Source: Heterodontus francisci
Lineage: Eukaryota
Length of the DNA stretch: 64,000 nt
Direction of reading: 5' to 3'
Assembly: GCF_036365525.1 (NCBI RefSeq)
Contig: NC_090390.1
Coordinates: 86,208,252 to 86,272,251 of the forward strand
Shown: positions 48,401-62,579 of the stretch, one piece after another
Numbering within the stretch: the stretch's first letter is position 1
Layout of the letters: the number at the start of each line of letters is the position of its first letter
The notes under the pieces: generated by a model
What the model was told of the DNA's origin: nothing
What the model saw: the letters and a program-made list of their open reading frames with translations, nothing else
The model's database searches: none
Program-made: the position numbers and the translations under genes

Positions 48401-48754
48401 GTTCTCTCTGACCGTTGCAGTCCTTGTGGTGATGGTGCTCCCACAATGGTGTTGGGTGGGAATTCCAGGACTGTGGTCCAGTGACAAAGAAATGGTGATA
48501 AATGTCCGTGTCAGAATGGAGGGGAACTTTGAGGTGATGGTGCTTGCACAAAATTATTCCTTTTGGTGGTAGAGGCCACAGGGGAGAAAGGTGATGTTGA
48601 AGTAACCTTGGTGAGTTGCTGCATTACATGTTGTAGATCGTAGCCACTGTACCTGGCAAGCATTGAATACTCCAGCGCACTCCTTGTAGAGGGTGGAACC
48701 ACTTTTGAGGGATTAGGAGATGAGCTATGTCCAGAGTATCCAGTGTTGATGTAA

Positions 48755-50280
48755 CTGGTCAGTAGTGGGCAAATTATTGGAATCTATTCTGAGAGACAGG
48801 ATAAACTGTCCCTTAGAAAGGCACAGGTTAATCAAAGATAGTCAGCATGGATTTGTTAAGGGAAGATCTTGTTTGACCAACTTGATCGAATTTTTTGAAG
48901 AAGTAACAAGGAAGATAGATGAGGGTAGTGCAGTTGATGTGGTCTACATGGATTTTAGCAAGGCTTTTGACAAGGTCCCACATGGCAGACTGGTTTAAAA
49001 AATAAAATCCCATGGGATCCAGAGAAATGCAGCAAGGTGGATACAAAATTGGCTCAGTGGCAGGAAACTAAGGGTAATTGTTGACGGCTGTTTTAGCGAC
49101 TGGAGGGCTGTTTCCAGTGGCGTTCCACAGGGCTCAGTACTGGGTCCTCTGCTTTTTGTGGTATATATTAACAATTTGGATGTAAATGTGGGGGGCATGA
49201 TCAAGATATTTGCAGACGACACAAAGATTGGCCGTGTGGTAAAACCTGGCAACTTGACTACATGTGTCGGGTCTATATTCCGAGTCCAGCCTTCCAGCTC
49301 GGGTCGGGTCGGGCTGGACAGGGCTGCCTCCGGGAACTCACGGGATCAGGCTCACTCGTGATTCCTACAACTCCATCTGCAGGAATAGCCTGCTGCCAGA
49401 ACAGATGAAAGATATTCGTGTCGGGTTGGGCGCAAAAAACAATTCAAGGACTCGGGCCCAGGTTGGGGTCAAGTTGGCTGTGGTCGGGTTTCAATTTTAT
49501 ACCCGAGCAGGCCTTTACCATGTGGTAGATAGCGAGGAGGATAGCTGTAGACTGTAGGAAGATATTGATGGTCTGGTCAGATGAGCAGAAAAGTGGCAAA
49601 TGGAATTCAACCCAGAGAAGAGTGAGGCGATGCTTTTGGGGAGGTTAAACAAGGTAAAAGAATACACAATTAGTGGGAAAATACTGAGAAGTGTAGAGGA
49701 AGTGAGGGACCTTGGAGTAAATGTCTACAGATCTCTGAAGGTAGCAGGACAGGACGATAAGGTGGTTATAAGAAGGCATATGCAATCCTTTCTATTTTTA
49801 GCCGAGGTATAGCATATAAGAGCAGGGAGGTTGTGCTGGAACTGTATAAATCATTGGCGAGGCTACAACTTGAGTACTGTATGCAGTTCTGGTCACCTCA
49901 TTACAGAAAGGATGCAATTGCACTTGAGAGGGTGCAGAGGAGATTTACGGGATGTTGCTGGGTATGGAATAATGCAGCTATGAGGAAAGATTGGATAGGC
50001 TGGGGTTGTTCTCCTCGGAACAGAGAAGGCTGAGGGGAGATCTGATTGAAATGTACAAAATTTTGAGGGGCCTGGATAGAGTGGAGGTGAAGGCCTATTT
50101 ACCTTAGCAGAGAGATCCGTGACTAGGGGGCATAGATTTAAAGTGATTGGTAGAAAGATTAGAGGGGAGATGAGGAAATGTTTTTTCACCCAGAGGGTGG
50201 TGGGGGTCTGGAACTAACTGCCTGTACAGGTAGTTTAGGCAGAAACCCTCAACTCATTTAAAAGAAGTCTGGATATGTTT
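48755..50280 (+). mobile_element. CR1 RT fragment interrupted by a MITE
   Basis: SQHGFVKGRSCLTNL, IFADDTK, WQMEFN. Confidence 0.9.
49240..49517. mobile_element. hAT-type MITE, second copy in opposite orientation
   Basis: Reverse-complement homolog of 13474-13808; 8-bp TSD CCGTGTGG/CCATGTGG. Confidence 0.85.
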
Positions 50281-50863
50281 GCTGATTGGAGGTGCTGAGC
50301 GTAGAAAAAAATGGGTTACAGAGTAAAGTTCCCTCTACACCATCCCATCAAACATGGCCAGGCACAGCACGGGGTTAGATACAAAGTTAAGCTCCCTCTA
50401 CTCTGTCCAATCAACCCTGTCAAGTTAGGTATACGTAGTAAGTTAATTCAACACAGACTGCGTATCACAGTTGCTATCTCCGTTGCGGTTCAATGATCAG
50501 TAAAGCATCCGCACCATTTAGTATGGTGTAGGTGTCATTATGGGAGAGCTGCAGCACAGGTAATTACTGTCTCAGTATTTACTTCGGCCGTTCCTTGGCT
50601 GCTTTGAGACAGAGATTTCCATTTTGGTCCAGTTCAATTAGGATCAATTTCAGACAATAAATTAAACTTCTCTGAATAGCTATCTTAATGTATGAGTGGT
50701 GGAACTCTATAAATAAGCAGTCTGTGTCTTTAGCCTGTAAATACAGGGCTTGTTTTTCACCATTAGTTTGTTCACAGATTACAGCTTTCCTTAGGATGTT
50801 GCATTCTGTATTGTACTTGTTTGTTTACATATCAATCATATTGAGACTGTTCTGTGCTTATAG

Positions 50864-50988
50864 TCAGAAAGTGGAAACAGAAGAGTCAACTGGGATCCCC
50901 TGGACAGTGGCAGGTCGAGTTGGGGGAAACTTTGTCAAGAGCAGTCGGCAGCCTGGATCAGCAACTGCTACAGGAAAGTAGCAGCAAT
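50864..50988 (+). CDS. DPCD: DPCD coding exon 3
   Basis: VRKWKQKSQLGSPGQWQVELGETLSRAVGSLDQQLLQESSSN; tatag| acceptor, |gtaagt donor; 125 nt. Confidence 0.95.
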
Positions 50989-51216
50989 GTAAGTGGATTT
51001 AAACAAGGAACATAAATAACTCTGTGCCAAAATTCTCTGGATCTAATTAAGTGGGTTCCCCTTGGTGGAAGAATGCACACTCCTTATAGGGTATAACGCA
51101 CACTACCTATGTGACTGAGTTTGGTGCGCTGATATTTTCCATCCAGCTCCCACCTCACCAACTTAAATATGTTGTGTACAGTCCACCGATACTATAATAT
51201 TTATACAGAGTTTTAA

Positions 51217-51363
<147 letters not shown>

Positions 51364-51879
51364 TAGTTTGTTTTACAGTTCTTTGAAAATTCTGTGCCCA
51401 GGCTGTGATACCTCTTTCAGAAACCCGTGTTTCCAATTTTTTTAATTTTTAATTTTCCAACATCTAATTTTTTTTTTCCTTCAGGAGATTCCTCTTGCTC
51501 CCCCTCCCTGGTGTTGATCTTGATGGGATATGGGTTCCATGGGTGCTGGCTTCTTTCCGCGACCACATCCAATAGCCCATTCTTCATGTGGGAGGCCAGT
51601 CGGTCCAACTAGTCCATGCCAATATTTATGCTTCACTCGAGCCTCTTCCCATCCTTCCTCTGTATCTGCACAATCCTCTATTCCCTTATCTCTCATGTTT
51701 ATCCAGCTTCCCTTTAAATGCAGCTGTACTACTCAACTCAACCACTCCCTGTGGTCGTGATTTCCACATTCTCACCACTCTGAGTAAAGAAGTTTTTTCC
51801 TGGTGATTTCTTAGTGACTATCTTATGTAATGGCCTCTAGTTTAGTTCTTCCCCACAAGTGAAAATGCTCTCTTTTTTT

Positions 51880-52223
51880 TTATTTTAGAGATACAGCACT
51901 GAAACAGGCCCTTCGGCCCACCGAGTCTGTGCCGACCATCAACCACCCATTTATACTAACCCTACATTAATCCCATTACCCGCTCACATCCTCACCTTCC
52001 CTCAATTCCCCTACCACCTACCTATACTAGGGGAAATTTATAATGGCCAATTTACCTATCAACCTGCAAGTCTTTGGCTGTGGGAGGAAACCGGAGCACC
52101 CGGCGAAAACCCACGCGGTCACATGGAGAACTTGCTAACTCCGCACAGGCAAGACCCAGAATCGAACCCGGGTTGCTGGAGCTGTGAGGCTGCGGTGCTA
52201 ACCACTGCGCAACTGTGCCGCCC
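51880..52223 (-). mobile_element. HE1-like V-SINE inside an old CR1 remnant
   Basis: Homologous to 27527-27869. Confidence 0.88.
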
Positions 52224-52784
52224 TGACTACTCTATCAGAACCTTTTATAATTTTAAAGATCCCTATTAGTTCACCTCTCAGCCTTCTCTTTTCTAGAGAT
52301 AAGCAATCCAGACTGTGTATCCTTTCCCGATTAGTTATTATCTCTCCATTCTGGTATCATCCTTGTAAATCATCTTTGAACCCTCTCCAGTGCCCTTTTT
52401 CCATTTTACAATATAGTGACCAGAACTGTGCGCAGTACTCTGTGTAGTCTAACCAAGGTCCTATACATGTTCAGCATAATGTCTCTGTTTCAATTCTATC
52501 CCTCCAGAACTAAACGCCAGTGCTTGATTTGCTTTTGTATGGTCTTGGTGACTTGTGCCACAACTTTGATTTGTGTATTTATATTCCCAAATTCCTTTGC
52601 TCCTCTTAGATTCTTATTTTCTTAGTAATATGTGACTTTTCTTACCAAAATATAATACTTATGGAAGTTGAAATTCATTTTCCAATTATATGCCCATTCT
52701 GCAGATTGTTGGAGCATGCAAGATGTGAGGGCAGAAGCCAAGCCTGTCTCTCTTTCCCCACTCGTATGTAAACATACATTTGTT

Positions 52785-53835
52785 TTTATTCATTTCACGG
52801 AATGTGGGCGGCGCTGGCCAGGCCAGCATTTATTGACCATCCCAACTGACCTTGAGAAGGTGGTGGTGAGCTGCCTTGAACCGCTGCAGTCCATGTGGGA
52901 TACGTACACCCACCGTGCTATTAAGAAGGGAATTCCAGGATATTGACCTAGCGACAGGGAAGTAATGACGATATAGTTCCAAGTCAGGATGGTGTGTGGC
53001 TTGGAGGGGAACTTGCAGGTGGTGGTGTTCCTGTGCATTTGCTGCCCTTGTCCTTCTAGGTGGTAGAGGTCACGGGTTTGGAAGGTGCTGCCTGAGTAGC
53101 CTTGGTGGTTTGCTGCAGTGCATCTTGTAGATGATGTACACTGCTGCCATTGTGCATCAGTGGTGGAGGGAGTGAATGTTTGTGGACGGGGTGCCAGTCA
53201 AGTGGGCTGCTTTGTCCTGGATGGTGGTGTGCTTCTTGAGTGTTGGAGCTGCACCCATCCAGGCAAGTGAACAGTATTCCATCACACTGTTGATTTGTGC
53301 CTTGTAGATGGTGGACAGGCTTTGGGGAGTCAGCAGATGACTTACTCGCTGCAGGATTCATATGGCTACTCCAGTTCAGTTTCTGGTCAACGGTAACCCC
53401 CCTCAAGGATGTTGATGGTGAGGGAGTCAGCGATCGTAATGCCGTTGAGTGTCAAGGGAAGATGGTTAGATTCTCTCTTGTTGGAGATGGTCATTGCCTG
53501 GCACTTGTGTGGTGTGAATGTTACTTGCCACTTATCAACCCAAGCCTGGATATTGTCCAGGTCTTGCTGCATTTCTACACTGACTGCTTCAGTATCTGAG
53601 GACTTGCGAATGGTGCTGAACATTGTGCAATCATCAGCGAACATCCCCACTTCTGATCTTCTGATTGAAGGAAGGTCATTGATGAAGCAGCTGAAGATGG
53701 TTGGGCCTAGGAGACTATCCTGATGAACTCCTGCAGTGATGTCCTGGAGCTCAGATGACTGACCTGCAACAACCACAACCATCTTCCTTTGCGCTAGGTA
53801 TGATTCCACCCAGCAGAGTGTTTTCCCCCAGATTC
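52785..53835 (-). mobile_element. Family B LINE, 5'-truncated
   Basis: SYLAQRKMVVVV..MFADDC; family B tail. Confidence 0.9.
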
Positions 53836-54171
53836 TACTTTCTCACATTTGTGTTCACGCTCACTCGCTGTCATCCCATTTTGCCAGGCTGAGATTTGCC
53901 AACTCACCATTGTGGAACCCAAAACTGTCTTAATCCATGAGACTGCCACACTTACCTATTGAGTAATCAAGTATCCAGAATTATGTTTTGAAAATAAAGG
54001 TACACTGTATAAACCAGGCTACCTACCTCACCACCTCGAAATATTCAACTCTGTTAGTGAGACATGACCTTTTTCTGAAGCCACACCAAAACTCCGTTTA
54101 GTGACTCTTTGTCAAGGTGGTAATACAGTAATATCCCTTCGAGCAAACTGCTTATAATCCAAGTCAAGCTA

Positions 54172-54305
54172 ACAGCGCTATGGGTGTACCTACCCCACAT
54201 GGACTGCAGCGGTTCAAGAAGGCAGCTCACCATGGGCAATTAGGGATGGGCAATAAATGCTGGCCTGACCAGCGAAGCCCACATCCCCATAAATGAATAA
54301 AAAAA
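54172..54305 (+). mobile_element. Family B 3' tail stub
   Basis: GGGCAATAAATGCTGGCC..CCCACATCCCCATAAATGAATAAAAAA. Confidence 0.8.
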
Positions 54306-55049
54306 GTAACAGCCCTGCAATTTCCTGGTTCTGACTGTCTTTTTTTTTAAATGTTGGCACCATATGGGGTCCCTCTAGTCCATGGGAACAGTCCCAGACC
54401 CCAGCAAACTGTTGACTATCTGAGCAAGGGGGTGATAGAGATCCTTTGGGCACTCTTTGGTGAACAGCGTCAGGATCAGCAGCCCAATCCATTTTGAGAC
54501 CCCCTTATTCTAGCCAGGGCTATATTCATCTCCACTTAGCACATTCAACTTTAGCATCAATCTTAGGATGTATTATTGGTAACGCAAAATAATCTTCTGT
54601 AATGTGCAAAGTTGCTATATGCGAGAGTCTACCTGTATCTGCCCTGAAAAATCCTTTCATAGCCCTATAAAGTCATATTAGTTCTCTGACTCTTTAACAG
54701 CTGAAGAAGACTTTGCTGTTACTCCCCCAGCTGTCCACTTCTTCATCCTCAATGTCCTTTTGGCTGATCTGATTGAAACTTTTGTTGCCCATAGCCGAGA
54801 TTGACTCCACTCCCTGTCCTCCTGAGAATTAAATCATTTGAGCGTGTAAAGATATTTCTGCTTGAGTATGAATTGCACATGATCCATTGGCCAATATAGC
54901 TTTGTTTTAACGTTTTTTTTCCACAGTCGAGGGACATACATCACTTCCTTTGGAAGGAACTGCAAGTGACTGCCTAACAAATAGAAATAAAGGGGAGATA
55001 GAGATATTCTCTTAGAATATTTTCCTTTATAAAAGGCAGAAAAATTGTC

Positions 55050-55165
55050 TTGGGATCCTTTACATTCACCCGAGAAGGCAGACGGGGCCTCAGTTTAATG
55101 TCTCACCTGAAAGGCAATACCTCCAACATTGCGGCACTCCATCAGTACTGCACAGGAGGGTGAGC
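55050..55165 (-). mobile_element. Deu-type SINE fragment with a single copy of the 33-bp unit
   Basis: GGGATCCTTTACATTCACCCGAGAAGGCAGACGGGG..CTCCAACATTGCGGCACTCCATCAGTACTGCAC. Confidence 0.75.
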
Positions 55166-55891
55166 AGTCACAGAAGATGTCATTCGTTCTCACAAATGCC
55201 ATTCATCCTACACAAACTAGGGTTGTATTCCCTTGAATTTAGAAGGTTAAGGGGAGATTTGGTCAAAGATATTAAGGAAAACAGAAACTATTTCCGCTGG
55301 TTAGGGAGTCTGGGACTAGAGGGCAATTAGAGCCAGATCTTTTAGGAGTGAAATTAAGAAACATTTCTCGACGTGAAGGGTGGTAGAAGTTTGGAACTCT
55401 CTTCCAAAAACAGCAATTGACATTAGATCAATTGTTAATTCTAAAACTGGATTAATATATTTCTGTTAACCAAAGGTGTGAAGGGATATGGGGCAAAGGT
55501 GGGTATATGGAGTGAGGTCGCAGATCAGCCTTGATCTCACTGAACAGGAGCAGGAGTAGGCCATTCAAACCATCGAGCCTGCCCCACCATTCAATACAAT
55601 CATGGCTGATCATCCACTTCAATGCCTTTTCCCCACACTATCCTCATATCTCCTTAATTCATTTGTATTTAAAAATCTGTCACTCTCTGCTTTAAACATA
55701 CTCAATGACTGAGCTTCCACAACCCTCTAGGGTAGAGAATTCCAAAGATTCAAAACACTCTGAGTAAAGACATTTCTCCTCATCTCTGTCCCAAGTGGCT
55801 TCCCCCTTACTTTGAAATTGTTTCCCCTGGTTCTAGACTCTCCAACCAGGGGAAACATCTTAGCTGCATCTACCCTGTCTATCCCTTTAAG

Positions 55892-56241
55892 TTTTTTTAG
55901 TTTTAGAGATACAGCACTGAAACAGGCCCTTCGGCCCACCGAGTCTGTGCCGACCATCAACCACCCATTTATACTAATCCTACACTAATCCCATATTCCT
56001 ACCACATCCCCACCTATCCCTATATTTCCCTACCACCTACCTATACTAGGGGCAATTTATATATAATGGCCAATTTACCTACCAACCTGCAAGTCTTTTT
56101 GGCTTGTGGGAGGAAACCGGAGCACCCGGAGAAAACCCACGCAGACACAGGGAGAACTTGCAAACTCCACACAGGCAGTACCCAGAATTGAACCCGGGTC
56201 GCTGGAGCTACGAGGCTGCGGTGCTAACCACTGCGCCACCC
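55892..56241 (-). mobile_element. HE1-like V-SINE
   Basis: Homologous to the other three copies. Confidence 0.88.
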
Positions 56242-58663
56242 TTTTGTAGGTTTCAGTGAGATCACCTCATTCTTCGAAACTCTAGAGAATACAGGCCCAG
56301 TTTCCCCAATCTCTGTTCATAGGACAGTCCCGCTATCCCGGGAACAAGTCTGGTGAACCTTCATTGCACTCCTTCTATGGCAATAATATCCTTCCTAAGG
56401 TAAGGGGACCAAAACTGTACACAGTACTCCAAGTGCGGTCTAATCAAGGATCTATACAATTGAAGCAAGACTTCACTACTCCTGTCCTCAAATCCTCTTG
56501 CGATAAAGGCTAATACTCTGCATATCTCCAACCAAAGTGGATAATCTCACATTTTTCCACATTATATTCCATCTGCCACGTTCTTGCCCACTCACTAAGT
56601 CTGTCCAAATCCCCTTGAAGCCGCTTTGCATCTTCCTCACAACACACATTCCCACCTAGATTTATGTCATCCGCGAATGTGGAAATACTACATTTGGTTC
56701 CCACATCCAAATCATTGATATATATTGTGAACAGCCGGGGCCCAAGCACTGATCCCTGTGGTACCCCACTAGTCACAGCCTGTCAATGCGAGAATGACCC
56801 ATTTATTCCTACTCTCTGTTTTCTGCCTGTTAACCAATCCTTAATCTTACCTCCTATCCCATGTGCTTTAATTTTGCTAACCAACCTCCTGTGGGGGACT
56901 TTATCAAAAGCCTTCTGAAAATCCAAGTATATCACGTCCACTCACTTCCCTTTATCAATTCTGTTAGTAACGTCCTCAAAAAAACTCCAACAGGTTCACC
57001 AAACATGATTTCCCATTCATAAATCCATGTTGACTATGCACAATCAGATCACTATTATTCAAGTGTCCATTTATCACATCCTTTAGCTTGGATTCTAGTA
57101 TTTTCCCAACGACTGATGTAAGGTTAACAGCTCTGCAATTCCCTGTTTTCTCCCTCTCTCCCTCCCTTCTTAAATTGTGGGGTGATATTTGTGACCTTCC
57201 AATCTGCAGGAACAGTTCCAGAATCTATAGAATTTTGGAGGATGATCACCAATGCATCCACTATTTCCATAGCTACCTCTTTCAACACTCTGGGATGTAG
57301 AATATCAGGTCCTGGGGACTTAACAACCTTCAGCCCCATTAATTTCTCTAAAACAACCTTCTTACTAATACTAATTTCCTTCAATTCCTCATTCCCCCTA
57401 ATCCCTTGGATCTCTAATTCTGGGAGATCTCTTGTATATTCCTCAGTGAAGACAGACACAAAGTAATCATATGGCTTCTCTGCCATTTCTCTATTCCCCA
57501 TTATAAATTCTCCTGACTCTGCCTGTAATAGACCCCCATTTGTCTTAGCCAAACATTTCCTTTTTACGTACCTATTAAAGCTTTTGCAATACGTTATGTT
57601 TTTTGCTAGCTTACATTCATATTCTATTCTCTATCAGTTTCTTCATTCTCCTTTGCTGTATTCTTAAATGTTCCCAATCCTCAGGTTTACTACTATTTCT
57701 GGCAACTTCATAGGCCTTTTTAAAAAAAATCTTATACAATCCTTAACTTCCTTTGTTATCCACAGTTAACTGCCTTTACTTTTGGGGTTTTTGTACCTTG
57801 AAGGAATGTATAGTTGCTGTAAACTGTGTAATATATCTTTAAAGACTACCCATTGCCAATGTATTGTCATACCTTTTAATGTATTTTCCCAATCCACCTC
57901 AGCCAATTTGCCCCTCACCATTATTTCCTTTGTTCAAATTTAACACCCTGGCTGCAGATTGAACTACCTCACTTTCAAACATAATGTAAAATTTTATCAT
58001 ATTCTGGTCACTCATCCCTAAAGGTTCTTTTACAACAAGATTATTAATTAGCCCTTTCTCATTACATACTACTAGATCTAAACTAGCCTGTTCTCTAGTC
58101 GGTTCCTCAACATACTGCTCTAGAAAACTATCCCTAACCCCCTCTGGAAACTCGTCCTCCACAGCATTAATGCTCATTAGGTTTACCCAGTCCACATGTA
58201 GATTGAACTCGCCCATGATTACTGTATTACCCATGCCACATGCTTCTCTAATCTCCTGCCCCACACTACCACTACTGTTTGGTGACCTATAAACAACTCC
58301 TACCAATGTTTGCTGCCCCTTGCTGTTTCTTAGCTCCACCCAAAAAATTCCACATTTTGTTCTTCCGATCTAAGATCCTCCCTTACTAATGTACAGATCC
58401 CGTCCCTTATCAGCACAATGCCACCTCCTTTTCCTTTTTACCTGTCCTTCCTAAATGTCGAATATCCCTGAATATTCAGTTCCCAGTCTTGGTCACCCTG
58501 TAGCCACATTTCCATAATGTCAATTAGATCATACCCATTTACCTCTATTTGTGCCTTTAAATCATCTACCTTGTTGCGAATGCTGCGTGCATTCAGGCAG
58601 AGTGCCCTCATCCTTGTCGTCTTGACATTATTCTGCATCCTAAGCTTAGTTGATGCTTGCCTT

Positions 58664-59003
58664 TAGTTTAGTTTAGAGATACAGCACTGAAGCAGGCCCT
58701 TCGGCCCACCGAGTCTGTGCCGACCATCAACCACCCATTTATACTAATCCTACACTAATCCCACATTCCTACCACATCCCCACCTGTCCCTATATTTCCC
58801 TACCACCTACCTATACTAGGGGCAATTTATAATGGCCAATTAACCTATCAACCTGCAAGTCTTTGGCATGTGGGAGGAAACCGGAGCACCCGGAGGAAAC
58901 CCACGCAGACACGGAGAACTTGCAAACTCCACACAGGCAGTACCCAGAATTGAACCCGGGTCGCTGGAGCTGTGAGGCTGCGGTGCTAACCACTGCGCCG
59001 CCC
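58664..59003 (-). mobile_element. HE1-like V-SINE with 11-bp TSD
   Basis: ATGCTTGCCTT at 58653-58663 and 59006-59016. Confidence 0.9.
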
Positions 59004-59484
59004 ATATGCTTGCCTTCTAATGTTATTTGCTACTTTTCTACCTCATGTTACCAGCTTTACTTCCTTCCAATTTGAGCTACCACTCAGGTTTCCATCCTCC
59101 TGACAAGCTAGTTTAAACCCTCCCCAACAGCACCAACAAATCTCCCTGTGAGGATATTAGTTCCGGTCTCTTAAGGTGTAGCCCGTCCATCTTGTACAGG
59201 TCCCACCTGCCCCAGAACTGGTCTTAATGCCTCAGAAATCTGATTCCCTCCCTCCTACACCAATTCTCCAGCCAAGTGTTCAATCGATCAATCCTCCTAT
59301 TCCTCTGCTCACTCGTACATGGTACTGGGAGTAATCCTGAGATAACTGCTTTTGAGGTCCTGCTTTTTAATTTCCTTCCTAACTCTCTAAAAATCTGTTT
59401 TCAGGACCTCATCCCTCTTCCTACCCATGTCATTGGTACCAATGTGGACCACAACCTCTGGCTGTAAACCCTCCCCCAGAAGCA

Positions 59485-61095
59485 TAAATGGTTCATTTTC
59501 TGCTTGGCAAGATGTAACGAGTGGTGTGCCACAGGAATCACTGCTGGGGCCTCAACTTATAACAATTTATATAAGTGACTTGGATGAAGGGACCTGATGA
59601 CACAGATAAGTAGGAAAGTAAGATGTGAACAGGACATAAGGAGGCTACAAAAGAATATAGATAGGTTAAGTGAGTGGGCAAAGATCTGGCAAATGGAGTA
59701 TAATGTGGAAAAATGTGAAATAGGCCATTTTGGCAGGAAGAATAATAAAGAAGTATATTAGCTAAACGGTGAAAGATTGCAGAAAGATCTGGGTGTCCTA
59801 GTGCATGAATTGCAAAAGCTTGGTATGCAGGTACAGCAAGTAATTAGGAAAGCTAGTAGAATGTTATCGTTTATTGCGAGGGGAGTTGAATGCAAAAGTA
59901 GGGAGGTTGTGCTTCAGTTATACAGGGCATTGGTGAGACCACATCTGGAGTACTGTGTACAGTATTGATCTCCTTATTTAAGGAAGGAAGTAAATGCATT
60001 GAAAGCAGTTCAGAGAAGGTTTACTAGACTAATACCTGGAATGGGTGGGTTGTCTTATGAGGAAAGGTTGGACAGGTTAGGCTTGCATCCGCTGGAGTTG
60101 AGAACAGTAAGAGGCGACTTGACTGAAACACATGAGATTCTGAGGGGTCTTGACAGGGTGGATGTGGAAAGGACGTTTCCACTTGAGAGAACCTAGAACT
60201 GGAGGTCACTGTTTAAAAGCAAGGGGTCACCCATTTAAGACCGTGATAAGGAGAAATGTTTTCTCTGAGGGCCGTGAGTCTTTGGAACTCTCTTCCTCAA
60301 AAGATGGTGGAAGCAGAGTCTTTGAATATTTTTAGGCAGAGGTAGATAGATTCCTGATAAGCAAAGAGGTGAAAGGTTATTGGGAGTAGGCAGGAATGTG
60401 AAGTTGAGGTTATAATCCGTTCAGCCATGATCTTGTTGAATGGTGGAGTAGGCTCGAGGGACCGAGTGGCCTACTCCTCCTAATTTTTATGTTTGTATAT
60501 TGGCCTTCAGTGTAAGGGGATTTGAGTACAAAAGTAAAGATGTCTTGGTGAGACTGCACCTGCAGTATCGTGTACAATTTTGGTCTCCTTATCTAAAGAA
60601 TATACTTAGTATAGAGGGAGTGCAACAGAGGTTCACCAGACTAATCTCTGGGATGGTGAGATTATTTTATGAGGAGAGATTGAGGAAACTGGGACTGTAT
60701 TCTCCACAGCTTCAAAGAATGAGAGGTGGTCTCATTGAAACTTACAAAATTCTTACGGGGCGTGACAGGGTGAATGCAGATAGGATGTTTCCCTGGCCGG
60801 TGAGCCTAGAATCAGGGGACATAATTTCAGTATAAGGAGTAGGCCATTTAAGACTGAGATGAGGAAGAATTTCTTCACTGAGGGTGGTGAATCTTTAGAA
60901 TTCTCTACCCCAGAGGGCTGTGGAAGCCCAATCACTGAGCATGTTCAAGACAGAAAGCTATAGATTTCTGGAGACAAATAACATCAAGGGATATGGAAAT
61001 AGCGCGGGAAAGTGGCCTTCAAGTAGATGATCAGCCATGATCTAATTGAATGGCGAAGCAGGCTCGAAGGGCTGAATGGCCTACTCCTGTTCCTA
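59485..61095 (+). mobile_element. Two tandem CR1 3' fragments (about 59485-60495 and 60500-61095)
   Basis: ALVRPHLEYCVQ and RFTRLI motifs twice, each with a CR1 tail. Confidence 0.85.
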
Positions 61096-61122
61096 AATTA
61101 TTGCTGTTGTTGTTGAAACTGA

Positions 61123-61284
<162 letters not shown>

Positions 61285-61407
61285 TGAGAGGGCAAATGGA
61301 GAGTGTGCTTAACATCAGTGATGTCTGATACTGCTTGATGTAGTCCAGTCAGATTTGATGATTTTAAACTGATTGTGTCAGTTACACTCTAGTTGCGTTC
61401 CTTGCAA

Positions 61408-61780
61408 TCTCATAGAAACCTATAAAATTCCAAAAGGACTTGACAGGGTAGATAGAGGAAGGGTGTTCCTGATGGTGGGGGAGTCCAGAACCAGGGGTCA
61501 TAGTCTCAGGATAGGGGGTAAACCTTTCAGGACTGAGATGGAGAAATTTCTTCACCCAGAGAGTGGTGAGCCTGTGGAATTCACTACCGCAGAAAGCAGT
61601 TGAGGCCAAAACATTGTACGTTTTCAAGAAGGAGTTAGATATAGCTCTCTGGTTTAAAGGGATCAAAGGGTATGGGGCGAAAGCGGGAACAGGTTACTGA
61701 GTTGGATGGTCAGCCATGATCATAATGAATGGCGGAGCAGGCTCGAAGGGCCTACTCTTATTTTCTATGTTTTTATGATC
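61408..61780 (+). mobile_element. CR1 3' fragment
   Basis: LIETYKI..GESRTRGHSL; tail TTTTCTATGTTTTTATG. Confidence 0.85.
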
Positions 61781-62165
61781 TTGAAGGAGTGAAGATGGGT
61801 GGAAGCCAGTGCAGGGAAAAAGGACCAGGAAGGGAAGAGAATAAAAGTTTTGCTGGGACCCACATATCAAAGATAAGGCGAAGGGAGTGGACCAATGGCT
61901 GCATAATTATCATGGTAAATGCAGAATCAAAGTCTAGGCAGTTAGGATTTTGATTAATGCTCAACGGAATGTTTTATTTCCCAGGTGTGACTGTAGAAGG
62001 AAAGTGGCATGTGGGTGGTGAGAGTTATAAGGTAGTTGTTGGAGATGGCCTTGGCTGTGATTGAGATTGTAGGAGTAGAGAAGCTACAGGAGACACTGCG
62101 TGGTTGAGGTGTTAGATTTTAAAATATCTTAAATACATTAACCGGGCCATTTTTCCCCCCTTCAG

Positions 62166-62270
62166 TATCAAAAGCCGACAGAAATCTTACAGCTGGAACA
62201 GGAGGTACTGCGGGAGCTGAAGAAGTTGAAGGTGGCTGAGGATGGAGACGTGGAGTGTAAAACACAGTGA
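62166..62270 (+). CDS. DPCD: DPCD coding exon 6 (stop TGA)
   Basis: YQKPTEILQLEQEVLRELKKLKVAEDGDVECKTQ*; the six exons total 612 nt = 203 aa plus stop. Confidence 0.96.
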   Translation, partial: YQKPTEILQLEQEVLRELKKLKVAEDGDVECKTQ

Positions 62271-62573
62271 ATCTGAACGCTCACCATTCGAGACACTCTG
62301 GCCTGTCTAAATCAACACCGTAGTGCAGAATCCTACTTTGAGGGCTAAGGGTGTGCTGTGTGTGAAGGAGCAGCACACTAGAAGCAGTTGTGCTGCTAAA
62401 CATGAAGCCCTGTGGCTCAGGTTATCACAGTGCGTTGGGGGGGGGTGGGGGAGGGTGGTGGTGTTTAAACTAGATCTCAAACTAAATAGAGAGTGCGGAA
62501 AAGGTGTTACTGGCTTTGGAGGAGTGGAGAATACTGCCACCGTTCCCAGGCACACTGTAAATTGCAGAACATT

Positions 62574-62579
62574 AATAAA
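62574..62579 (+). terminator. Candidate DPCD polyadenylation signal AATAAA
   Basis: About 300 nt after the stop; followed by ATTAAA and a GT-rich stretch. Confidence 0.55.

Larger units (their letters stand above)
55545..59480 (-). mobile_element. Degenerate CR1 (end of ORF1 through tail) with two V-SINE insertions
   Basis: Esterase remnant at about 59100-59480, LCLNARSI, KSPGPD, TFADD. Confidence 0.88.

Noticed and set aside
50312-50415. Two copies of an approximately 60-bp motif (CAGAGTAAAG(C/T)TCCCTCTAC), with a similar stretch near 33695
   Set aside because: Looks like a degraded dispersed repeat; no structure or family could be supported.
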